From contig NMRA01000607.1 in NCBI GenBank assembly GCA_002633005.1, forward strand, positions 185,998 through 249,997: 64,000 nucleotides of DNA. Direction: 5' to 3'. Below the pieces are notes generated by a model. It searched no databases. It saw only the letters and a program-made list of their open reading frames with translations, and was not told the DNA's origin. Positions 50,446 to 60,945 of this stretch are shown one piece after another. Each line of letters opens with the position of its first letter. Within the stretch, counting starts at the first letter, position 1. This DNA is from Phoronis australis. Its lineage: Eukaryota; Animalia; Phoronida. The position numbers and the translations under genes were made by a program.

Positions 50446-52427
50446 AGCATTTGTTCACTCAGGGTGCACACTTTTGTTTCAGAAATGGCATTTTATGAAG
50501 TTTAAATTTCAGCTTTGAGACTTCTTTTATTGGATTCAACATGACATATGGAATATCAGGTTACATTTTTGGGAGATATTCTTATTTAGTTTTTAAAATT
50601 TGGCCTGTTGAAATAACAAAAATAAGAAATGTAGGCTACGGAGAATACATCATCGGTATCGTTACATCCATGTTGGAAAATACTTAAATCTGGCTTAGGA
50701 ATAGGAAAGTTTATTACTCTGGTAACTCGTGTACTTGATCACTGAACATCAATATAAAAAACTAGGTTCACACCTGTGTGTGCTTCACAAGGTGTGAGTA
50801 TACATATAAAGAATAAAACATAGCAATTGTACTTAATCCTTAGACATACTTAGCACTTAACTATCATCAGAGTCACGTCACTGTCAAAAGGAATGCCTAA
50901 TTCCACAAAGTACCATCAAAGAAGTACAGGAAAACACTTTTCATTATCCGTAAACATTGTTTGTACAAATAAATCTCACATAACACAGAGGTCAGTGAGG
51001 GGCTACGAAGAATACAAAATGCTGAGATAACTATTTGTGGCAAGCAAAATACTGGAGCAATGCAATAGAATTCATTTACTTGTCAATACTACTACTTCTG
51101 AATTACAAAAAACAGTTGTGTTTAAAAAAGGGAGATAATACCGTCTTAATTTTCTTCACACTTGTGTAAATTCAAAAATATAACATAATGGAAATTAAAA
51201 TTTTATCCTAGGACATACTCAGCTCTTAACTATCATCAGAGTCACATCACTATCAATTTGATGCCTATTTCCATCAACTACCCTCAAAGAAATACAGGAA
51301 AGCACTTTTCATCATGAGGAAAAATTGAATGCATAAATCTCACATAACACAGAGGGAATCATGGAGGGGGCTACGGAGAATACGAAATGTGTAGATACCT
51401 GGTTATAAGGTGACGAATACTTGAACAATGCAATATAATTCATTTACTTGTTAATACCAACACTTCTGAATGACCAAAGAACATCCATGTTTTATTCATA
51501 ACAAGTTTAAACTGAAAAAGTAATTTTAGTTAAACTTGCCTCAAATTCCACCCGTAAATATTTTTTTTAATTTTTCTTGTCTTGGAGAGTTTATTTGTTC
51601 CCATTTCCTCAGTGCATGCACCTAGATATAAGTTTTTTTCAAACCATGTACCAACAATTCAAAGTTGGGGGCTACGGAGAATACGAAAGATATTTTTGCT
51701 TATGATTACTTCAAATCCAGGGCTTGGTCTAATATTTTTTGTGGGCCAAAAATAGCTTCAAGATTCCCAATGTGCAGTATCAAATATCTTTTATGGAAGA
51801 ATTTGATGGAATTCATACAGGGCTACGGAGAATACACAGTTTTTCTTAGGTGACTATGATATTATTTGGTTGAGGAATCCAGTCACTAGGACATCTGGTA
51901 CAAATATGTGGTTTCTTAATCAAATTGTATATACCATCAACCATTACAGTTCAAAACACTAGTAATGCTTTTCTTTTTCAGACATGGCTGTAAGAGAAGG
52001 AGCCTATGCAAATTTACGTGTTTTGCATAACATTGACATCATTTTGCAAGTGTGCCTGAAAATTGTGTTTGACTTTTCAGATCCCTGAAATTTTCTAAAG
52101 AAAAACAAGAAATACATGTTAGAATCATGAAAAAACATTAAATTTAAATTAAATGTGTGCTTTAATTAAATGCCATGTGTATTAAAAACATGTAATGTTT
52201 CAGTAAAACAAAATATCGATGGATTTCTGGCTATTTTCAGCTATATCAATGATTACTCTGGCCACAATTAACATTTTTTCATACTTTAAAATGCGTAAAT
52301 GTCATAAGTACTGGTGCTAAAACAAGATCATCATTCAAATATCTGCCAAAGGTGAAGGAATTCTATCAATATGATTTTTTTGCATGACACAATAAATCTA
52401 AATTTGCACCCTGAGTGAAAAAATGCC
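50446..52427. mobile_element. 2-kb TIR element with internal repeated 15-mer
   Basis: GCATTTKTTCACTCAGGGTGCAMA(C/T)TT inverted at both ends; five GGCTACGRAGAATAC copies; internal duplication 50840-51110 ~ 51208-51480. Confidence 0.7.
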
Positions 52428-52986
52428 GATTAGTGGCCTTGTCATTTGTCAGGTGAAGGTGAACCCCATGTTCAGCTCACTTAGTAGAAATTGAAAATGG
52501 TGAAAGAAATGGTATTCCACAAAATGAAAGAATTTGTAACATTGGTAGTACACGAGATATTGAGGCAGAAATGCATTTCATATTAAGCTGTCCAGTCATG
52601 GCCGGTTTATATCATATTACCACTTTAGAAACAAAGATGTCAGATTTGTTTTTAACTTGAAGGTAATAACCACTTTAAAAAAATTCCAAACTATGTACAA
52701 AAGGCAATGATAGTCAGAAGCAAACTATTGATGTGTTTGCATAAAGTATTGTGGGCCAGCGCCCTCGTGTTCTATAGAGTTTACACATTTTATTAGTAAT
52801 ACGAATTTGTGCTTAAGATGGTTTAACATGAAGCAGACCTTGTGGTTGTTTCCTTTCTTCTGACATGTGATGCTTAGTGCGACTTTTCATGAGTGTTATG
52901 TCGTAGTCACCACTCAGTGTCAAGCACTCAATTCACTACAAGTCATCGACAGCTAAGAATACACTAACCAATTTGCTTGTTTCCAG

Positions 52987-53145
52987 AACTCACTATAAAT
53001 ATGGAGAGCGCCCCAAGCAAACTGTGTGGTAGTATTGGAAGTATACATGACAACAGTTCTCAGACGTCTCATACAACTAGTGTGCTTGAATCAACATCTG
53101 AAGATCAAACTGAACCTGTAGGTTCTGACAAAAACGTTGAAAAAG
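52987..53145 (+). CDS. NTase-TPR gene, Ser/Thr-rich exon copy B
   Basis: TTTCCAG acceptor and GTAAT donor; 159 nt, phase 1-1, splicing in frame to 54611. Encodes ...MESAPSKLCGSIGSIHDNSSQTSHTTSVLESTSEDQTEPVGSDKNVEK. Confidence 0.7.
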
Positions 53146-53334
53146 GTAATGAAAAGGGAAGTTTCATTCAGAATGTCTACAGCTTTATGTAAGAATGATC
53201 AATATTTGCTTAACCACAGAAGCTAAAACTCCAGACATGGAATGGTAATTCTCATGTGTAGCCCATGCATTTTAGTGTTACATGTGTAAATATTTATGCC
53301 CAATGCCAAGTCTGATTGGATTTGTGGTTGACCA

Positions 53335-53470
53335 GTGGTCCCGATGGCTCAGTGTCTACAGCGTCTGCATGAATAACAGAAAGTCCTGTGTTCAAGTTCC
53401 AGTCGGGGGCAGACATTTTTTCAGGCTCATTTCATTGGGTCACATGATGTGGCCAACAGGTGTCGTTATG
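53335..53470 (+). mobile_element. tRNA-derived SINE (degenerate)
   Basis: A-box-like TGGCTCAGTG and B-box-like GTTCAAGTT, then GGGGGCAGACATTTTTTCAG...TGATGTGGC; homologous to 2060-2150. Confidence 0.6.
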
Positions 53471-54610
53471 ACCAAATTTAAGTATGTTTGTGATCTATTT
53501 GCACACCATTTAATATTTACATACACTCACGAGTTGATGAGTAGGGTGCCCACTGCTAAATCTGATTGGATTTCTGTGTATGACTGGGGGGTCCCAAGAG
53601 CTCGGTAGTGAGATCATCTGCATGGAATTTTCGATTCTGATATAATCAAGCACCACCATGATAATCGTGATAAATATTCTTTAGGATATGACTTGTATTC
53701 AGTCAGATGAAAAGTTATAGTGACATTGTAAAAGGTGGCATTTTTCCCTTGGCCTTGTTTTATTTTTTCAGTTCTTTTTTGTCCTAGGTATGTAAGCATG
53801 ATTTTGGTATTCTATCAGGTGATAGTAATTATCATGTGGATATAGTTTAAGAAAAATTGACTTTGGAAAGTACTGTGATATGCCCAGATAGCTTTACATT
53901 GCGCCTACTACATTTATTTAGGCAGTGGTGGTAGCCACGGTCTGCGACCGGAATTGCAAGCAGACGATCACTTGCTTGACAATGTTTGGGGACATTAGAC
54001 CGTAAAATATTCCAATCATATATGAATTTTTTTTGACGAAAGTTTTGGGTGTTAACAGTTCTAAATTCATTTCACTTGTGCTAATTCAACCCTAAACCCT
54101 ATAGTTGTATGGCTTAACCTTAGCAACGGAATGTGGTAATAACAGATATACTTCGTCATGGTCAAAATGTTTTAAATTGATTGTTAAAGGATGTACACAT
54201 TTTTACAATACTGCACTCAAACACAGTGATATGGCTGTGAAGCGAAACACATGGGCAAGAATTTAAATTCATGTTTACAATTGGTGTTGTTGACATGGGT
54301 AGAAATGTCAACAGACCTACAATTTGGATGATCACCATTCTTTGGAGTTAATTCTTTTTTTGAGCTGGCCAATTTACACAATTAACTGGTCATAAGTAGA
54401 AGGTGATCATGCAAATTTAAAATTTATGAAAATTTGGGCACAAACTCGTGAAAGCCATTTACTTGTTTGTGCTTTGTGATGTCTATAAAATCTAAGCTTA
54501 ACTGGTGACCTTTTATTATGGAACCCACCAATTCAACTTAGAGATTCACTGAAACAGGCGAAAAGTATTTGAAATAAAATAACATTGAGAGATGTCCATG
54601 TTCTTTTCAG

Positions 54611-57600
54611 AGCTACTTGACGATGAGGAAGAACGGTTGGCGTCAGAACTACGGCAACTTTCTGAAGAAGATAGGGGTTCAAGATTAGGTGGTGACACCC
54701 TTCAAAAAATGGGTGACGTTTACATGAAGCAAGGTTTATTGCAAAAACGAGGCCAGCATTTTGTTACGGCCTCAGCGTTGTACAACGCCGCATTAATGCG
54801 ATATAACAAATCTGAACTGAAGCATCAAGTTGAAGCTTCAATGGAACAAAATGAACGAGCATTCTACAAAATAATATCAGTATCAAGTAATAAGATTCCA
54901 ATGGATTTCAGGTGTGAAATAAAAGAAGAATTGGACTGCATCAGGAGAGAAATTACTCCGACAGCAAATCAGGCACTAGATAGATTTGCTCAAAAACTGA
55001 ACTTGGAAGCAGAAACTAGAGAAAGAGTGATGGTGGAAAAGGAGTTTGTCAAGGAAACGAGACGTATTTTTGAAGACCTGTGTACGGATTTGAAGGGATT
55101 TCACAAAGGTCTTCTGTCAAAATGCCGAAGTATATTGGGCCCACCCCCCCAGGAATACGCTGCCATAGTCATGGGATCATTAGCAAGAGGAGATGCAACA
55201 CCTTATTCAGACTTGGAGTGGGCCATTTTGGTAAAAGATGATGACCAAGGTCTCGAGTATTTCAGAAACATGGTTCGACTTATGCATATATTCGTTTTAA
55301 ACATTGGAGAAACAAATCTGAAGACCATGAATATTAAGTCACTCAATGATTATTTCACACCTGGTGGGAATTGGTTCAGTGACACCGTTGTAGCTAGGGG
55401 AGTTGAATTTGATAGTGCTGCGCCTTTTGCTTGCAAAACACCACTTGGAAGACCTGACAGACCCGAAAGACGAGGCGTAGAATTGATAAAATCGCCCAAA
55501 AACATGGCTGCAATGTGCAACTATGAAACAGCCGTTAAGGAGGGTTATAACTTCGATCGCGTATTGGCGATTACAAGCAAACTCGATGGGAATGATCGGC
55601 TATTTGCAAAGTTCAGTTCGCTCAGAGCAGATAATCAGGCTAAGGAAGACTCGCGCAGGAAGTACATTCAGGATATCCGTAATGTAGTGGATGAGTTCTT
55701 ACCACAACTGAGTTTTCACACGGATGTCGCAGCAACTCATGACATTAAAAAAGAGATGTTGCGGTTGCCGACTTTGGTCATAGCTCTAATGAAAGCGTTA
55801 TTTAGGTTGAATAATGACTTTATCTGGGACACTATAAATGAAATGATATATGAATCCATATTGACACCCGATGGAGGGCATAATTTGCTTGTGGTCATTT
55901 CCATCGTGGCCCTTCTCAGGTTCGTGATGTACTGTAGTAAATCAAGACAGCACGAAGTGTTCGTTTTGTTTGGAAACTCAATCTCATCCGATCGGGGAAA
56001 GAATGCTGTACCAGGATATAACAAATTCAAACATTTGGTAATTCGGTATTACTATTCAGTGTTACCGTTAGCAGGTTTTGTAAGAAGTGGTGAATTATTA
56101 GATGCCTGTAGAAATCGAAAACTATGTGGCATGTTTTTCAATAGAAATCGTTTAACAGAAGGTTTGATTGAATTAAACTGCTTCTCCTACGAACCTGCCC
56201 GAGAAAGATTTTTTGCTCACATTGAATCAGTTTCTGCAAATCCATACAAAAGGATCAGGGAGGACGTAATAGTTCAACACAAAGGAAAGAATATTTTCTG
56301 TGACCACACAAACAGTACAGTATGGGATTGCCTGTTTTACATCGGTAAAACCTACGAAGCAGAAGAACAGTTAGAAGAAGTTTTGAAATATAACTTGCTT
56401 GCTATCAGAATTATCGGGCAAAAACACATGACCGAATACAGGCCCCCAATCCTTGACCTCGGTGAAACGGGGATTAAGTGTATTTTGAATACGATTGGAA
56501 GCTTGCACGAAATGAACAAGTGCGAGTATGGGAAGTATGATGATGTTGAAATTGGATACATTGCACCTATTCTTAATTCGATCGGGAATGTGTGTATCAA
56601 GATGGGTGAATACGACTTGGCTGTGATATACCATCAAGACTCACTGAGTATGTATAGGAATATACACGGTGATGTTGACCATCCCAATATTGCCACTATT
56701 CTGCGTAACATTGCGGATGTATATAAGGAGATGTGTAACTATGACCTGGCATTACAAAACTATCAAGACTCACTGAAAATGCAGAGGAGGATAAACGATG
56801 AAGGTGACCATCCCAACATTGCGACTAGTTTGCATAACATTGGGGATTTGTTTAAGAACATGTGTAAGTATGAACTGGCCTTACAATATTGTGAAGACTC
56901 ACTGAGTATGATGAGGAGAATACACGGTGACGGTGATCATCCCGAAATTGCCACTTGTTTACTTAACATGGGAGATGTGTATAACAACATGTGTAAATAC
57001 GACCAGGCCTTACAATGCTATCAAGACTCACTGAGTATGGACAGGAGGATACACGGTGATGGTGAACATCCCAACATTGCGACCAGTTTGCATGGTATTG
57101 GGGATGTGTATAAGGAGATGGATAAGTACGACCTGGCCTTACTATACTATCGAGACTCATTGAGTATGGAGAGGAGGATACATCGTGATGGTGACCATCC
57201 CAAGATTGCCAAAAGTCTGCACAACATTGGGGATGTGTATAAGGAGATGTGTATGTACGACCTGGCCTTAAAATACTACCAAGACTCATTGGATATGGAG
57301 AGTAGGATGCATGGTGATGTGGATCATCCCGGCATTGCCACTAGTTTACATAACATTGGGGATGTTTATGTGGAGATGTGTATGTACGACCTGGCCTTAA
57401 AATACTACCAAGACTCATTGGATATGGAGAGTAGGATGCATGGTGATGTGGATCATCCCAGCATTGCCACTAGCTTACATAACATTGGGGATGTGCATAA
57501 GGAGATGCGTGAGTATGGCAAGGCTTTTCAATACTATCAAGAATCACTGAGTATGGAGAGGAGAATACACGGTGATGGTGATCATCCCAGCATTGCCACA

Positions 57601-58173
57601 AGTTTGCATAACTTTGGGGATGTGTGTGAGGAGATGGGTGAATATGACCTAGCCTTAGAGCACTATCGCATCTCACTGGATATGGAGAAGAGGATACACG
57701 GTGATGGTGACCATCCTAACTTTGCCTCTAGTTTGCATAACATTGGGGATGTGTATAAGAACATGTGTAAATACGACCTGGCGTTACAGTACTATCAAGA
57801 GTCACTGAGTATGGAGAAGAGGATACATGGCGATGGTGATCATCCCAGCATTGCCACAAGTTTGCACAACATTGGGGATGTATATAAGAAGATGTGTAAA
57901 TACGACCAGGCCTTAAAATACTATCAAGACTCACTGAGTATGGAGAGGAAGATACACAGTCATGGTGACAATCCCAGAATTGTGACAAGTCTATGTAATA
58001 TTGGAGGTGTGTGTAAGGAGATGTGTAAGTACGACCTGGCGTTACAGTTCTATCAAGACTCACTGAGTATGGAGAGGAGGATAAACGGTGATGGTGACCA
58101 TCCCAGAATTAAGGCACTTCTACATTATATTGAGGATGTTAAAAGGAGACGTGTAAGTGCGACCTCACCTTAG
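54611..58173 (+). CDS. Large terminal exon: Pol-beta-superfamily (GlnD/GlnE/DUF294-like) nucleotidyltransferase, helical substrate-binding domain and 12 TPR repeats
   Basis: 1193-aa ORF 54592-58173 with a TTCTTTTCAG acceptor ending at 54610. Motif AIVMGSLARGDATPYSDLEWAILV fits hG[GS]x9-13Dh[DE]h. DIKKEMLR...LLRFVMY...Q resembles the DUF294_C/GlnD helical bundle. Twelve 43-aa kinesin-light-chain/NPHP3-type TPRs span 56560-58107. Confidence 0.92.
56560..58107 (+). repeat. Coding tandem array, 12 x 129 bp (TPR units)
   Basis: Units start at 56560, 56689, 56818 ... and end at 58107 with an exact 129-nt period; consensus IATSLHNIGDVYKEMCKYDLALQYYQDSLSMERRIHGDGDHPx. Confidence 0.95.
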
Positions 58174-58355
58174 AATATTATCAACCCTCATTGAGTATGA
58201 TTAAGAGGATGCAGTGGATGATTACCACTGCATTGTTTATATGATATTGGGCATGTTGATAAGAACATGTTTAAATACAACCTGGCCTTACACTACCAAG
58301 ACATATTGAGTATGGAGACAGGAGGATACACAGTGATGGTGACCATCCAGGCATT
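58108..58355 (+). pseudogene. Two degenerate TPR units spanning and following the frameshift-generated stop
   Basis: A 1-nt deletion near 58140 relative to the unit consensus creates the TAG at 58171-58173. Recognisable unit sequence (gagtatggag...ggatacacagtgatggtgaccatcc) continues to about 58355. Confidence 0.85.
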
Positions 58356-60107
58356 CCTGCAGCGTACGTTCTGAGCGATTAGTGCTAATCTGGACGCCCT
58401 GGCAAGGACGTCAAGCAGAATTTCCCCTGTTTGGACAGATTACTAGTCCCAGTTTAATGGAAGATCTGTGAGAAAAGTATCCGCCCAACCCAAAGAATAG
58501 TATATAGAATGTTGCAATGTTTAGCTATTGAGAAGACCCGTCGATCATTAAGCACATGTTTGGTTGCCAAAGTGTCTCTGCATCTAGTGGTCTTGGATCA
58601 GTGCTTTATATGGGCAAAGACCTTGGTTACTAACTACAAACTGGGGTTTCAGAGATGTAGTTTCATGTTTTTCATCATTTTTAAAACATCAAAAGTGAAA
58701 TAAATGCCATTATTTTGATTTTATATTTTGCCACGAACATTTTCAATGTGCCTTCTATTGTTTTAATATAGAGTAGCAGTAACACATGTTGCCAAAATAT
58801 AAACCACACGTCACCTGTGCATTTTTACTTGGGAAATAAATTTCGCCAAGTATGTTGCTCTGTACTGTCACTAAGTTTTTTTGTTTGTTTGCACGATACA
58901 GGTCGCAATTTTCGTCCGATCCTCACGAAATTTACACATAACACGTAGTTTTGGAAGTACTGAAAGCCTATTGTTTTACGTCATAATCGGATTCAAGATG
59001 GCGTCTGTGGCGGCCATTTTAAGATTCAAAGGCTTCTGGAGTTGCGTACAAGGCTAAGAAGCGGCACAGTAAATGGACCGGAAGTGTGCTACAAGTATAC
59101 CGGAGATTGTTAACTTCCGGTTAAAGGTGGCGGAAATATAGGCGATCGCGCATGCGCACCTCGATTTTGGCATAAAATCGTTTTCTCCTGTAGAGGGCGC
59201 ATTATTGGCTGATTCCTTCGATTTTTTTCAGATATTAGTTTTTTATGATATGCTATTATATAAAGCCAAAAACCGGAAGTTGCTTTCAAGATGGCGGATC
59301 TGGCGCATGTTGACCCATTTTTAGTCGTGCTGGAGTGCGATTTTAAACGGGAAGCGGAAAAAGACGTTATTTTTTGCATGAGGATTCTTTGAGGTACACT
59401 CTTTCAAATGACCTGAAACAATTTTTTCTCAGAGTTACCGTTTTCGAGTTATTTTGACTTTGAAATTCTTAAAAAAGAGCAAGATTTCAAACTTAGTGTC
59501 AGAACAACGTACTTGGCGAAATTTATTTACTGATGTCTGGCCTCTACGTTCGTCTTGTGAATGTTATCATTACTTGAATTGTTCAACATCGCCGCCTTCG
59601 TCGTCATATTCGTCATCATCTCCATCGTCTTCTCTTTTGTTAATATCGCCTTGTGTCGCTCCTCGGAGCGCTTTCATTCTTTTGTTGATAACCGCAGCTC
59701 TGGTGACTCATTGTACAAAGTTTAAAAGTAAGTTGAGATGAAATGATAAACTTAATGACATCAAATTGACTTGAGATTACCAAAACATGGTGCACTCATG
59801 TTTCAACCAATATCTCTAATATTTGGTTGGTAAGCTACTTGGCTGTTTTCGTAAATCATGGAAAAGTCTTGGTCCACGTAGTTTTTCTGTAAAAAGGCTC
59901 ACTACAGGGGGAGCTGTTTTTGTAAACATATATGTTAAAGCATTGTTCGACCATATTTTTGTTAAAAAAATGTGTTTGTAAGGGGGAGGGGCTTAGTGGT
60001 GAATGGTTTTGAGGGTGGGGGAACACCCGGTAGGAATCATGGTCGCATTGGAATATTGAGAGCCCCATTTTGGACACCCTAGTTTCGAAATCCTGGATGA
60101 AGCCCTG
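58356..60107. mobile_element. Composite insertion(s) interrupting the TPR relic array
   Basis: Non-TPR sequence bounded on both sides by TPR units. Contains a repeat-like block at 58875-59400 with CAAGATGGCG and CCGGAAGT motifs, and a MITE-like end (aaatcctggatgaagccctg) near 60107. Confidence 0.6.
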
Positions 60108-60703
60108 TGAACATCCCAACTCTGCAACTAGTTTGCATAACATTGAGAATGTGCATTCTAAGAACATTTGTAAAACCACCTGGCGTTATGGTAATATCGT
60201 GACTCACTGAGTTTGGAATGGACGATACACGGTGAAGGTGACCATACCAGAATTGTGACAAGTTTGCATAACACATGGGGATGTGTATGAGGTGATGTGT
60301 AAGTACGACCTGGCCTTACAGTACTATCAAGACACTCAGTATGGAGAGGAGGATACACGGTGATGATGACCATCCCTGAGTGGTGACAATATTTTGCATA
60401 GTATTGATGATGTATTTGGAGATGTGTAAGTACAGCCAGGCCTTACAATGCTACCAAGACTCACTGAGTATGGAGAGGAGGATACACGGTGATGGTGACT
60501 ATCCCAATATTACCACTAGCTTCCATAATATGGGGAATGTGTATGAGAAGATGAGTAAGTACGAACTGGCCTTACAATGCTACCAAGACTCACTGAGTAT
60601 GCACAGGAGGATACACGGTGATAGTGACCATTCCAACATTGCCATTAGTTTCCATAATATTGGGGATGTATATAAGGAGATGTGTAAGTACGACCTGCCG
60701 TGA
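60108..60703 (+). pseudogene. About 4-5 further TPR units (partly frameshifted) detached from the gene
   Basis: Same 129-bp unit. ORF 60380-60703 gives ...EMCKYSQALQCYQDSLSMERRIHGDGDYPNITTSFHNMGNVYEK...; the earlier units carry indels. Confidence 0.85.
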
Positions 60704-60864
60704 CCTTACGATAAAATATCATTTTGGGACGTCTTTTTCATTTGGCTTTGCTGATTGTATTTTTGCTATGCGTTTTATGTTGATGTGTAACTTATTTTTG
60801 TACAATCTTGTGACACATATTGTTGTAATAGATTTTCTTGATCATCAGTTCTTGTACTCTTACT

Positions 60865-60876
60865 CTGTGTGCGTGC

Positions 60877-60923
<47 letters not shown>

Positions 60924-60945
60924 CGCGTTCGCGTGTGAGTGTGTT
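60865..60945. repeat. (GT)n microsatellite
   Basis: Directly visible. Confidence 0.95.

Noticed and set aside
50634-51835. Repeated 15-mer as a CRISPR array
   Set aside because: Repeat too short, spacers of 150-370 bp are irregular and partly duplicated, no cas genes, eukaryotic context.
54592-54610. ATG at 54592 as the start of the NTase-TPR protein
   Set aside because: Overlaps a polypyrimidine-AG acceptor, and phase-matched upstream exons exist. It cannot be fully excluded.
54900-56500. NACHT/NB-ARC (true NLR) or cGAS/Mab21 identity for the large ORF
   Set aside because: No Walker A GxxxxGK[ST] seen; the motif spacing and the following helical domain fit the GlnD/DUF294 type better than Mab21.
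56352-58063. Several minus-strand ORFs over the TPR region
   Set aside because: Antisense shadows of the periodic coding repeat.
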